Source: Rhynchobatus australiae (taxonomy: Eukaryota). From it: a stretch of DNA of 64,000 nt. Where the stretch lies: contig JAUZTB010000001.1 in assembly GCA_034780895.1 (NCBI GenBank), forward strand, positions 127,478,307 to 127,542,306, in the 5' to 3' direction. Within the stretch, counting starts at the first letter, position 1, and every line of letters begins with the position of its first letter. This document shows, piece after piece, positions 48,530-61,460 of the stretch. The translations under genes and the position numbers were made by a program. The notes under the pieces are model-generated. The model was not told the origin of the DNA. It saw only the letters and a program-made list of their open reading frames with translations, and searched no databases.

Positions 48530-49948
48530 CCTTGTTACCAAAATTCTGGGCAGGTCCTGGTGGATTGGAAGACAGTGAATGGCATGCCACTGTTTAAAAA
48601 AGGATGCCAGCAAAAGGCAGGTAACTATAGGCCAGTTAGCTTAATGTCTGTAGTCGGGAAAATGCTTGAAGCTATTGTTAAGGAAGAAATAGCGAGACAT
48701 CTGGATAGAAATGGTTCCATCAGGCAGATGCATCGTGGATTCAGGAAGGGCAAATCCCGTTTGACAAATTTACTGGAGTTCTTTGAGTATATAATGAGCA
48801 CAGTGGATAAGGGGAACAGATGGATGTTGTATACTTGGATTTCCAGAAGGTGTTCAATATATATTGAACACAAGTCTGCATAAAAGACTTATCCATAAGA
48901 TAAGGATGCATGGAGTTAGGGGTAATGTATTAGCATGGATAGAGAATAGTTTAACCAATAGAAGGCAGAGGGTGATTTTCTGGTTGGCAATCAGTGGTAA
49001 GCGAGGTGCCACAATGGTTGGCACTGGGCCTGCAACTGTTCACGATATACATTAACAATTTGGAAGAGGCAGTGTATCTACGTTTGCTGATGACACTAAA
49101 TTGAATGGAAAAGCAAATTGTGCAGAGGATGCAGAGAGTCTGCAGAGAGATATAGATAGGTTAAGTGAGTGGGCAAGGGTCTGGAAGATGGAGTACAATG
49201 TTGGTAAATGCGAGGTCAACCACTTTGGAAGGAAAAATAGAAGATCAGATTATTATCTAAATGGTGAAAGATTGCAGTATACTGTTGTGCAGAGGGACTT
49301 GAGAGTGCTGGTGCATGAATCACAAAAGGTTGGTTTGCAGGTGCAACACGTTATCAAGAAGGCAAATGGAATATTGGCCTTCACTGCTGGAGGGACTGAA
49401 CTTAAGAGCAGGGAGGTTATGCTGCAATTGTATAGGGTACTGGTGAGGCAGCACCTGGAGTATTGTCTGCATTTCTGGTCTCCTTATTTGAGGAAGGATA
49501 TACTGGCTTTGGAGGCGGTGCAGAGGAGGTTCACCAGGTTGATTCCGGAAATGAGGGAGCTTAGCCTATGAGGAGAGATTGAGTCGCCTGGGACTATACC
49601 TGCTGGAATTCAGAAGAATGAGAGAAAATCTTAAAGAAGCATATGAAAGAGATAGATAAGAGGCAGGAAGGTTGTTTCCACTGGTACATGAGAATAGAAC
49701 TAGGGGACATAGCCTCAAGATTCAGGGGAAATAGATTTAGGATGGAAATGAGGAAAAAATGCTTTTCCCAGAGAGTAGTGAATCTGTGGAATTCTCTGCC
49801 CAGGGAAGCGGTAGAGGCTACCTCATTAAATATACTTAAGACACAGTTAGATACATTTTTGCATAGTAGAGGAATTAAGGGTTATGGGGGAAAGGCAGGT
49901 ATGTGGAGCTGAGTCCAAGGCCAGATCAGCCATGATCTTATTGAATGG
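48530..49948 (+). mobile_element. CR1/HER1-type LINE, frameshifted RT and 3' region
   Basis: Peptides GNYRPVSLMSVVGKMLE, GFRKGKSRLTNLLEFFE, FADDTK, KCEVNHFGRKN, LYRVLVRQHLEYC and FSQRVVNLWNSLP are spread over several frames. Confidence 0.95.
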
Positions 49949-51664
49949 NNNNNNNNNNNNNNNNNNNNNNNNNNNNNNNNNNNNNNNNNNNNNNNNNNNN
50001 NNNNNNNNNNNNNNNNNNNNNNNNNNNNNNNNNNNNNNNNNNNNNNNNNNNNNNTGCAAAATGGTCCTGATTCAACTCTAATCAATGGTAGTTTGTGGAG
50101 GTGGGAGGATGGAGCTGGGCAACGGAAATGTATCACTGTGGAAGCTCCACGCGATCTGCATTCGGCTGCCACCATGAATCAGGAATGTAGCAGCCCGTTC
50201 ATCCCACTGTGCCTGTCCCAGCTCTCTGCAAGAGCAATCTCATTTGTTCCATTCCCCGTGCTCCTTTCTGACAGCCTTGCAAATTTCTTCCACTGTAATT
50301 AAGATTTCTAATTAACATCTTGAGCAGCTCCATCCAACTTATTGGCATTGTTGTTCAATCTCTTCCATTTGATTTAATCCACGGTCACTGACTAGGTAGT
50401 TTCAGTTGTTTCTCTGAAGAGACGCGCAGATAAATGTCTCATTGATTTAAAGCTTTTACAAGGCAACAAAATATTATTAATGGCAGATGAAGCCATTGTT
50501 AATGAAAAGAAACCAATAAAAAGGTATGCTTCTAAATCAGCTACTTCTTAAAGACTGTGAAGCATGAGGTGCTTGTTAGATTAATGTCAATAGGATATAA
50601 ATAATAGTCACTCTGGGCAATGAGTATTTATGTAGCTACCCAAGTACTGCAGATAACTTCCCAAAAATTCTTCTTCACAGAATTAGGCTTCATCTCAGGC
50701 TTTGCTCTCTTTTTCTGGCGCTGCAACCAACTCTTGGCCCAAATGCTTCTGCCTTCCTTGACGAAGTTACTGTGGACTCAGTTCGTGAACAGTCACCTGG
50801 CAAAGATAATGGCCAATGGCTCAGAGGCCTGTGGGCTATTGAAACAGCTGGAAAAACTCCCACTCAGCCCAATGTCAGATAAAATACAGTGCAGGCACGA
50901 GACTGCCTATTGATTCTTCCAGACCCCTTTTCTAATGGGTGTTCACTGAGTGTACCTGCAGGGTAATATGCAGCCAGACGGCTGAAAGATGTGCACTTTA
51001 TTTATCTTTTACAAAAAAATAATCAGATGTACTCTGGTGATTTCTTCTGGTTCAGAGGAATTAATGATTTTGTTAGCTGTTTACAGTCAGAGGAAGGTAT
51101 AATGTCAAAGAAGGTTGTCAGTGATCATAGTTTGTGCAATCACATCTGTAGCTCTGTCATTTTCCTCTAAGTGTAGCAAGTTTGCCTTGTATCACATGTG
51201 GAGTAGAAAGTACAACAAATATCACTTAAGGCAAATTGCCTGGTTCTGTGCTTTATCGTCAATGTAATGCTGTATCATTGCAAGTGGGCTACACTTGAAA
51301 AAGCCCACTGCCTGTTACCTATATACTGCTGATATAGTATCAGCATCTACCATATGATAAAGGCGTGTAATTGGGCTAAGTTCTTAGTACAGATAATTCA
51401 CTAGAAAATTACATGTGTCTCACTGTGTGGAGTGGCAGCATGATTTGACTATGTTGCTTGTTTTAAGGTGTACCATTGTCAATCTTCTGTTTTGTAATTC
51501 ACACTATTTTCTCTCAGAACAAAACAGTGCCAACATATTGTTCGAGTTATAATGTTATTGATTTGATGGTGACATGCCAGCTTGGCATTCCAACACAACA
51601 CTGCCTCATCTGAGGTGGCATTAGTCCTGTAATTCAGTCCAATTTTTGTTGAAGTATTAAATCA

Positions 51665-51745
51665 GTGTTTTTCACTGTACCTCGGTACAAATGACAACAA
51701 TAAACCAATTCCAATACCAATTCCAAGTAATTTGCCAATTCCAAT
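51665..51745 (+). mobile_element. Isolated LINE/SINE 3' tail (Rex1/Babar-like) with (ccaatt)n end
   Basis: tttcactgtacctcggtacaaatgacaacaataaaccaattccaatacc. A reverse-complement copy lies at about 58-104. Confidence 0.55.
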
Positions 51746-52030
51746 CAAACAGGTGTTTAGAACTGTCCTGAGGGCAGAAAAAAAGCAAGCCCTTTTCAGA
51801 CCCAATCAGTAGAAGATATTCTCTTCAAATCCCTTGTGTATTCCTCATTGATACCTAATGTGATAGACAGAAAATGTGGTGAGTTGTAAATGTTGATTCA
51901 TTGGGAGGCGTTGGACTCGTCTTTAAATGTGTGCATATTTGTGTTGCCTGGCACTCTTTGGTATGATGTGCAGTCACAGCTTCTTGTACCAACACTAATG
52001 TTGGTATTATTTGATGCAAACTGTGCTAAA

Positions 52031-52285
52031 GGGTGGCACGGTAGCATAGTGGTTAGCACAATGCTATTACAGCACCAGCGATCGGGGTTTGATTCCTGTC
52101 GCTGTCTGTAAGGAGTTTGTACGTTCTCCCATGTCTGCGTGGGTTTCCTCTGGCTGCTCCGGTTTTCTCCCACATTCTAAAGGTGTACAGGTAGGTTAAT
52201 TTGGGGATTAAAATGGGCGGCGCGGACTTGTTGGGCTGGAAGGGCCTGTTACCCCTCTGTAAGTAAAATTTAAATTTAAAATTTA
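52031..52285 (+). mobile_element. Full-length short V-SINE with CR1-type tail
   Basis: Head matches the 43006-43305 family, but the 3' end is gggctggaagggcctgttac...(taaaatt)n. Confidence 0.85.
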
Positions 52286-52644
52286 AGATAATTTGACTTG
52301 TTAATTCATGAGTCAGCTATTGCCTGTATAGGTTTTTTGTTTAGACACATGTACATAGTGAAGGAACGAGTCAGCAGTTTAACTCATTAACACCATTTAT
52401 GTAAAGGAGTCTACAGTTACTGTCAGCAACATTCTGGTGTCTCTTGGTTACAAGAGGGTTTCCTTCTATTATTCCTTTCTGTGACCTGGTTTGACACCAG
52501 CTGATGACCAGTGCTGCTTGGTTTCCTTTTTTTTCATCTTTGCACTAATTCGTCAAGTAGCATCTTTCATCTGCTGACAAGTGTCAGAGTGATAACATCC
52601 AAAACTAAACCAGCAAATTCGGCACAAGTCAATGACTAGTTTGA

Positions 52645-53720
52645 CTAGTAGGAGAGTCTCAAACAAGGGGTCAAAGCTACAAGATAAGTGGTCGGTCATT
52701 TAAAACCGAAGTAGAACTCGGAGAGCTGGTGAATCTCTGGAATCTTAAAGTGGAGCTGGATAAATATTTGATAGATTGAAGAATAGAAGAGAATGGAGAT
52801 AATGGCACAGAAGAGGAGTTGAGGCCAACACAGATCAACCATTAACATATTAAATGGCAGGGGAGGACAGGTTTGAAGGGCCTGAGAGCCTATTCCAGCT
52901 TCTATTTTTTTGTGTCCTCATGTACACGTCTAGATTAATAACACAGATAAAGTTATATCACAACACTCGGGTAATGCGAGTTGTTTGCATGAGACAAATC
53001 TGTTACAAGCATCAATGGGCAGAATGGCAATACCACGTGAGCACTTTCATATAATCAGCTTTCTTGAAATGAACGGTTCATTATCATCCTTCTGCAATCT
53101 GTCCATTGTCTTCGAGCAGATATTTTTGTCGATATCTCTGGTTCTTCATTTTCATTGAAGTCTTTTTTTTAAGTAAAATATCAAAGGCTGGTGCTTTACA
53201 CATACATGATATGACATTATTAGTTTCAAGTTTTTATCTGCATGTGGTCATTAATGTTAACAATTGCAGAGAAATTTGCCTCATCACAGAAAAGACAGTG
53301 ATTTAGGTGACCAACACATTCTTTGGTAAAAGTCACCTTGTTCCTTACAATTTATTTTAATGACATCTGGTTTTTATTTTATATTTTACAATATAATCTA
53401 CAATATAAAAATATAAAAGATAAAGGCTCTGATAGTTTGCAAATACAGTTCATGTTAGGGAAATGAACAAGGGTCCAAAAATGTTCAATTGTGCACAATT
53501 GGGGCATAGGAAGATTTTCTTATTAACCCCCCCTCTCTAGTTAGGATGTGGAATTTGCCCTCGGATGGAGAAGTGAAAAGCAGAGATAAATTTAAAAGAA
53601 GGGCATAGACAGATCTACTGATAGGTTAGAAGAAGGGCAGAAGACCTGTATGGAATGTATATGCTGACACAGACCAGTCGGGCCAAATGGCCTGTGTCCA
53701 CGTTTTGTACTCTCTTCAAT
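52645..53720 (+). mobile_element. Two old CR1 3' fragments (52645-52920 and 53480-53720)
   Basis: ggtgaatctctggaatc...gaagggcctgagagcctattccagcttctat and gggccaaatggcctgtgtcc. Confidence 0.6.
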
Positions 53721-55529
53721 TCTGTGAATGCCTGGAGGCTACTTTGATGACTCTCCTCCCCTTCCCACTGAGAATAATCAAGTCAAGACTCACTATTCAG
53801 ACTTAAACCTGCAGAAGTAGACACTGGGCAAGGGTTGGGTGGGTGGTGTCACAGGTGATTTTGGATCTGTACACTGATGCTTAAAGGGAATGGCTAACAC
53901 ACTGTGCAGCATCTTAAGTGTAATGTTTTGGGATGAGTTTATAATATGGTGCTCTTATTTTAGACCTTCAATCAATGGAAATTGGGGAATTAGCATTAGC
54001 CAAGTATGTGATCAAAACTCCCTTCAAATGTACTTTCCCCTTTAGGGGTAATGGACTATAAAAATAACTCTGCCTGCACCCAAATCTGGTGATTACAGAA
54101 GTAGAACTTTAAGATAGCCACGACTTTCCTCTTTGGGCCTAATTGGAAGCTGTAAGTTGAACTCCAAGCTAAGCTCCATCCAGGCAATCACAAGGATTTT
54201 TTTAATAGAAATTAAGCAACAAAGTTGGAGGTGAGCTGGGCTGTTGAGAGGCAAACTTTTCTGTAAGCTTCAATGAAAAGAAAATTCAGGTAGAAATTTT
54301 TAATCGACGATTCATCCAAAATTTACTATTTTGCACTATTCCCGAAAGATGAAATCAATTTTGCAACATTTCCTCCAGGCTGCGTCATCGATAAAATCAG
54401 GAATGGAGTTAGAAAGGGTCAACTTGAGCAGTAGGCTTCGAAGACGTCAGCTAGCTATTGAGTTCTCAAGGAAAAGGCAAAATTCTCTGCAGAAAGTGGA
54501 TATTTTTGTGGCAGAACATGAAAGAGTCTGAGGCCTTACACCCACCTAACTCTCAAAAATTTCAAAACTATCCCCCAGTGACCACAATTGGCCTTGATTT
54601 CAGGATTGTGGAAAGCAATAAAGTGGTATTAAGCTTAAAATGTTCAACTTTGACTTACTTTTCAGCATGTGGAATTTCTTTGATCTCAGTAGCAAAGTAA
54701 TAGCTTTTCTACCCAGAGGTTGATAATATTATTAATACTACTCTCAGCCAAGTATTTGTCCAGCTCTCTCACTTGCAGGTTCACACTAACAGCTTTTGTC
54801 CAAACTCTTACTACCCTTTTTGGATGAGGGGGGTGGGGGGAGGACGATGAAGTACTGTTCTGTTAATTTGCATTTAGNNNNNNNNNNNNNNNNNNNNNNN
54901 NNNNNNNNNNNNNNNNNNNNNNNNNNNNNNNNNNNNNNNNNNNNNNNNNNNNNNNNNNNNNNNNNNNNNNNNNNNNNCCCCCCCCCCCCCCCCCCCCCCC
55001 GGGGCGATGGGATCTGTGGAATGTTTCTGCTAATTATTAGGCTGATTTGAGGTGAACTGAGATCCTCTTCATAGTTTTAGTTTCAGGGGCTGCAGTCCAA
55101 GTTAAACAAATGCCTGTTGGTGTTTAGAAACCATAGATTATGCTTTGAGCTATTTCCCTCCACTGGAGACAAAAACAACTCTGACATCCAGAGCTTCAAG
55201 GTCAACAATAATCCTTTTCACTTTTCAGTAAGTCTTCACCAACTCACCAACACCCTTTTGGAAGCGGAATGGCTACAATATTATAATTACAGCCTGACCG
55301 ATGTCCAGTAGGTCATGAAAATAAAGGTTGTTTCATCTTGCATGATCCCAGATGTATCCCAGTATTTGAAACAACACACTTTTCACATTAACGAGATACA
55401 TCCAGGAGATAGTGAAAGTTAATTTTCACTTTTGAGATTTTTGTTTTAAAGAGACATCTGCCTGACCCAACCCACTACCTGCTGCAGCATCTACAGTGCC
55501 CCCTACCCTTATTTTGTCCAGATACCGCA

Positions 55530-55903
55530 TGTTAGGCTAGTCCAGAAAGTTAGATCGCATGGAATCCAGGGCAAGCTAGTCTATTGGATACAAAATTGGC
55601 TTGACAGTAGAAGACAGAGGGCTGTGGTGGAGGATTGCTTTTCAGAGCGGAGGCCTGCGGTCAGCAGCCCGCTGCAGGGATCATTACTGGGTCCACTGTT
55701 ATTAATGATTTGGATGAGAATGTGGGTGGCGTGATTAGTAAGTTTGTGGGTGACACTAAAACTGGTGGGTAACGTGGACAGTGAAGAAGGTTATCCAAAA
55801 TTACGACGGGATCTTGATCAACTGGATCAGTGGCCGAGGAACAGCAGATGGAGTTTAATTCAGATAAATGTGAGTTGTTGCTTTTTGGTTTGACAAACCA
55901 GGC
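55530..55903 (+). mobile_element. CR1 RT fragment running into a gap
   Basis: Peptides resembling WIQNWL..RRQR, KF..DTK and WAEEQQMEFNSDKCE. Confidence 0.85.
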
Positions 55904-56429
55904 NNNNNNNNNNNNNNNNNNNNNNNNNNNNNNNNNNNNNNNNNNNNNNNNNNNNNNNNNNNNNNNNNNNNNNNNNNNNNNNNNNNNNNNNNNNNNNNNN
56001 NNNNNNNNNNNNNNNNNNNNNNNNNNNNNNNNNNNNNNNNNNNNNNNNNNNNNNNNNNNNNNNNNNNNNNNNNNNNNNNNNNNNNNNNNNNNNNNNNNNN
56101 NNNNNNNNNNNNNNNNNNNNNNNNNNNNNNNNNNNNNNNNNNNNNNNNNNNNNNNNNNNNNNNNNNNNNNNNNNNNNNNNNNNNNNNNNNNNNNNNNNNN
56201 NNNNNNNNNNNNNNNNNNNNNNNNNNNNNNNNNNNNNNNNNNNNNNNNNNNNNNNNNNNNNNNNNNNNNNNNNNNNNNNNNNNNNNNNNNNNNNNNNNNN
56301 NNNNNNNNNNNNNNNNNNNNNNNNNNNNNNNNNNNNNNNNNNNNNNNNNNNNNNNNNNNNNNNNNNNNNNNNNNNNNNNNNNNNNNNNNNNNNNNNNNNN
56401 NNNNNNNNNNNNNNNNNNNNNNNNNNNNC

Positions 56430-56530
56430 CGCCTGCTTTTCTCCACAGATGCTGCCTGCCCTGCTGAGTTCCTCCAGCATCATCATGTTTTTCATCTTGA
56501 TTCCAGCAACTGCAGTCCTTTGTTTCTCTA
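56430..56530 (+). mobile_element. Penelope terminal-repeat tail
   Basis: ccacagatgctgcctgccctgctgagttcctccagca...ttccagcaactgcagtcc. Confidence 0.75.
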
Positions 56531-58454
56531 GAACTATTTTTAAATGTTGCTTATAATTGGAAACAATTAGAAGCTACTCAAATAGATTCAGATACTTGAA
56601 AAATTGTATTTAAAATGTTAACAGATAATTTAAAGTAAAACACTTGTATTTTCCACATAGTCGGTAATGCCATACAAAAGAACTGAGCCTTTGTTTGTCC
56701 AGTACCCTCACTCTCCACCACATCAGTGCTTTACTGCTGGGTTAAGTGGCAAATCCAATGGCAGGGCAAGCGGTCGGATATGCCCGCGTTGGACCTTCAA
56801 CTCAATTTAGGCTTCCACATGTGGCCGACATGCACAGAAGTCTAAACAAACTGATATCCGAATGATCGAGTACATAACCTCCAACTATTCACATTATTTT
56901 CCATCTACAGTTCAGTGGGTTCCCTACGTGATCACTTCAGATCCCTTTAGTAAGAAATGCTCTCAAACTCTCAACCTACTGTTGTTGACATTCTTGCCTC
57001 TGCATTCAAAAGGTGCAGGGCAGTACCAAAGATGTGCTATACCAGCAGGAGTACAGTTAATCCAAGCCGCAACCAATATGATCAAGGGGAATTAAATGTT
57101 CAATAGCACCACTGAACAAAATAAAGAGCTCTTATTACTCTATCCTACCTGTGGTTCCTTTGCCTATCCACTTACTTATTTCAAGGCCAGCCATTTTAAG
57201 CTGTAACTGTCTCTTAATGTCTAAAATACAACCCTGTTAACTTCTGAAACTCTGCACAAATCTGAAATAGAAACACAGAAATTCCATGCTTGAATAAATT
57301 GGTACGCTTTTACAGTATTTCTTTCTATTGCACTTTTCAGATGGGGTTCTGCATTCCCAATGGCTCAACTTCTTCTCTGTTTTTGCCCTTTGGTTTCTGC
57401 CTGTTTCATCAACACAGATATTTCTCTGAATGTCTATTTCTTTATTGTTCAGGGAATTGTCCAGTTCTGAATTTTATCATAGTTTACTCCTTGCTTGAAG
57501 TCACTTAGTCACATTCCAACATCTCTCACAGCCTGCAAACATCATATTCGGACAATAGGCACCATTGATCCAGAACAAGGGGTAAAAATTAGAAAGTAAA
57601 CATCCTGAAGCTTTTGAGTTTGATATTGATAGGTTATGACCTTATATATTTCACAAAAAGTTTCATAAGCCAAATCAAGTCTTAGTTTTTGATCTGCAGA
57701 TCAACTTTTTTTTGGTTTATTCACACTTTAATTCAGAGGATTAGCACCTTGCTGTATTTTGATGGTATGCATGCTTTGACCACAGACGACAATATCTTTT
57801 TTCACAGCCTTCAGACAGACTAAGTCGAAAAGAAGATTAAGCAATTCAGGCATGGTTTTGAGGATGTAGAAATTAGAAGATTTACCAAGTATTTGGAATA
57901 AGACTTTGAAATATTTTCAAAATACTGGAATGCAGCAAGTTTAGAAAAATAGAGCAGGATTAAAAGTTGCCCACCAAATTTTCTCATCATGATTAAACTA
58001 CAACCGTTGACATGTATGTTAAAGAAAACAAGGGAACATTGCTGATTGAATTCCCCACAGGGAAACACACCAGACGTGGAGTAAAGTCTAGGACCTTTTG
58101 CTCATGACCACACCACAAGTACATTTTGACTGCAGGTTTATTGACAGTAGAATAGACTTCTATAACCGTGCACCGTTGGTTTGGAGATTTACCAAATTTG
58201 GTATGGTAATTAATTGACCCTGTGGGAGATCTTATTCTTTCCAGTGAACAGATAAAGGTGGAATGTGTTGACTTCTGTGTGCCAGGTTTCCAATATGCAT
58301 CACTCCAAGTCAGAGGCATAAATCATGATACCAACTATAATGTGCATATCTGTGTTGTTGCAATAAAAGGGGTGCCTTTTTTAAAAACAAATATTTAATT
58401 TTAGCCAGGAAAAGGCAAATTAGATAGTTTGAGCTGCAAAATATTCAGATGAGA

Positions 58455-59400
58455 CTCATAGAATGGTTACAGCACAGAAAGAAGACAGCACAGTGATCTT
58501 TGACACTATGCTGGCTCTATGTTATAGCAGTCTAGCTTGTCCCACTCACTCACCCTCTCCCCTCAATCCAAGAAATCACTTTCTTTAGGATTGTTACCCA
58601 ATACTCCTTATTGAATGTGTCAATTGAGTCAGTTTCCATTGCTACCCCTACCAGTGTGTTCCAGACCCCTACCACTCGCTGTTTTTGCTCATGTCACTTT
58701 CGACTCTTCTGACAATTGCCTTCATTTTATTTCTCCTACTCCATGACCACTCCAACCAAAGGAATAGTTTCCCACTAACTATATCCTTTATGCTTTCAAA
58801 TAACTCTCTTAACACCCTCTATTCCTTTGGAGCTCCACCTTTCCAATGGGTACACACAATTGAAGTTCTTCATCCCTGATATCATTTCGGTAAATCTCTT
58901 CTGTATGGTTTCTAAAGCCTTCATATCTTTGCGAAAGTGTGAAGCCCAGAACTGGATAAAATACTCCAGTTGTGGCAGAGCCAGTATTTTATAAAGCATT
59001 ATTAAGACTTGCTCTTGTGCTCTATTCATAAAACCCAGGATCCAGTATGATTGTTTTTAAAACACCATCTCAACTTGCCAGTTTCAATGAACAATGCACA
59101 TATACCCCCGCGTTTTCTGTTCTTGTACCCCTTTCAAACTTTTACTTTATCTTGCATTCTCTCATTTTTTTCTTACCAAAACATAACACTTCACATTTTT
59201 CAGTATTAGGCTTCACTTGCCAGCTTTCCAGCCATTTCACCAACCTTGCTATATCTCCTGGAAGTCTACAATTGTTCTCCTCACAGCTCGCTATACCTTT
59301 TGTGAACCTGCAGATTTGGAAATCGTGCCCAGTGCTCCAAAGTGATTTATCTATATTAAGAAACGCAGGGACTGGCTTCTGGGGAATTCTACTGTAAACA
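58455..59400 (-). mobile_element. CR1 LINE fragment
   Basis: Peptides LYKILALPQLEYFIQFWASHFRKD and WQVKPNTEKCEVLCFGKK. Confidence 0.9.
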
Positions 59401-59410
59401 CTTTCATTAC

Positions 59411-59920
59411 AACTCTGGAGCAACAAACAATCTGCTGGAGGAACTCAGCGGGTCGAGCACCTGTGCTCGTTGTGTTCCTGACCTTGATGAAGGATTGGAA
59501 ACTCGCCCGTCTCCNNNNNNNNNNNNNTCCATCTGGACTTCCTTGCTGTCCCACCCGACTGCAAGCTCCTGAAACTCCGTCAATACCACCTCGCTCTCCC
59601 ACCCAGCCCCAAGCTCCTGACGCTGCACCAGATTTTTCTCCTCCTTTTCCCACTGCTGTTCTCACCATGGACCCCCTGCCCTCTAACCTAGTATCCCACC
59701 CCCATCACCCACACTACATTTCCCCTTTCCTCCTCCCCTCTTTCCCCAGGCTCTCCCTCCCCCCTCACACTTTCCCTCACCTTATCCCCCTCCTCATCTC
59801 CCCCCCGCAAGCCCTTCCTCCCATTACAGTGATCTTATCCTTTTCCGACCCCATGCCTTGCCCCAGCTCCAACCCCTGCTAGGTCTTCAAAAACCAGCAG
59901 CTGCAGTCTCTTGTGTCCCC
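59411..59920. mobile_element. Penelope-derived element with opposed terminal pieces and a C-rich interior
   Basis: Left end tctggagcaacaaacaatctgctggaggaactcagcgggtcgagca is the reverse complement of about 13215-13261. Right end is ctgcagtctcttgtgtc. A ttgatgaagg...gaaac motif sits near 59484-59502. Confidence 0.65.
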
Positions 59921-60849
59921 ATTTCACTATTACTACACCATTTTTTTCATCTATTCTGTTACAGCCCTGATTATTCCATGGGCTTCATTCTTAATGTGTT
60001 GCTAAGAAGCACCATTTCAAACAGCTGAACATTAGTAACAATTAAATACAGTGTGCTTAAAGATTTGATATCTGGGTCCTTAATAATTTGAAAGCTATGT
60101 CAGAGAACCTTTGTTTGATATTGATGATGACGCTCACTGCAGATAACTTCCTCTGCATGGCTGTTTCAAGGTCTTATTGTTAACCACAGGGCAATGAAGA
60201 CCATTCTTTTTGGCCATGGGTAATCTTACACAGCAAATTCTCAAATCTGAACAATTCATCATTAGGAACAGAACAGCATGACACCAGGCCACTTACAGGT
60301 AAACATACGACACAGCAAGGAGGGTATTTCAGACCATCTGTACAGTAACTATCCAAATGGGATTTTTTTTAAATGAAAAGTACAATGATTATTGGAGTTC
60401 GGGTAAAATACAATTTCTTTTTGGAATTATGTGGTCTCAGTCTTAGGTTTTCAGTTTAGAGGCAGCTGCTGGGTCTGTTTGTGTTCTGCACGGTGTCCAT
60501 GTAAAGTCACTTGGCATTTTCTCCTCACTGCCTAAAGAAAGGTTTCTACTGGTGACTCCAGTACAGAGAGCTGCCAACTTCTCAACTGTCCAGGACTGGA
60601 GTGTGCAATGTTCAATCCCTGCTATAGGAACTGCATGCTTCAAGCCCCAAGCCAACAGGCCTCTCAAATGACTTGGCAGTTGATGCAATGGGCAATCATT
60701 CTCTCAGGAACCCTTCCCATGGCAGAGATCACACAGGATGTAAACAGATTAGCAGGTATTGTCTGCATGGTTAACGTGCTTTCCTGAACTGATTTTGTTT
60801 CAAAAAAGCATGCAGCCATGACCCCACAGGCTTACATGATGGTGACAAG

Positions 60850-61460
60850 CTAATCTGTTTTTAATAATATTAATTGAGGAATAAATGTTGGCCTGGACAC
60901 TGGAGAAGAGCAGGCAAGGGTTTGGTTTAATCTCTCATCCAAGAGATTGATTATCCAACATTGCTGCACTCCCTTGGAATTTACTTCAGTGTCGAGCTTA
61001 GCTTTCTGTGCTCAGTTCCCAAGTCGGACTTGATCCTTGAATCTTCTGACTCGAGGCAAGAACAACAACTGACATTGTATGACTGGGACAAATGAGGTCA
61101 CAAATTATACAACAAGAGGACATCAAGCTCCACTGGGGCTCGGTATCCACTGCCTAAACTGTCAAGATCACCCTGGCCAGAGAATGGACCAAACAGATCC
61201 ATGGCCCACCACCTGCTCCCCCTGGTTTTCATCCTACTCCTTGAATCAGTGCTAAAGGCTGAATCAGTCTCTGCAATTTCATCAACATATTCAGCCCTGA
61301 GATGAGCTTCCAACAACATATCCATTCCATCTGCAAAACACCCTGTTCTAAACCCAGCAGCTAATTTGCACACAAATTCCCACAAAAATCAATGCGAGAG
61401 TAATCAGCTATTCTAGTTTAATTTTGTGATATTAATGGAAGGCCAAATAATTTTCAGGAA
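60850..61460. mobile_element. Deu-SINE remnants (-) flanking an L2-type LINE fragment (+, about 61150-61345)
   Basis: Plus strand translates LRLNQS-like and FSPEMSFQQHIHSICKT (L2 ORF2 pattern). Deu-like blocks are gaggaataaatgttggcctggacactggagaa and ggtttaatctctcatcc. Confidence 0.6.

Noticed and set aside
61098-61385. 95-aa minus-strand ORF that looks protein-like
   Set aside because: It is the antisense of an L2-type LINE fragment on the plus strand.
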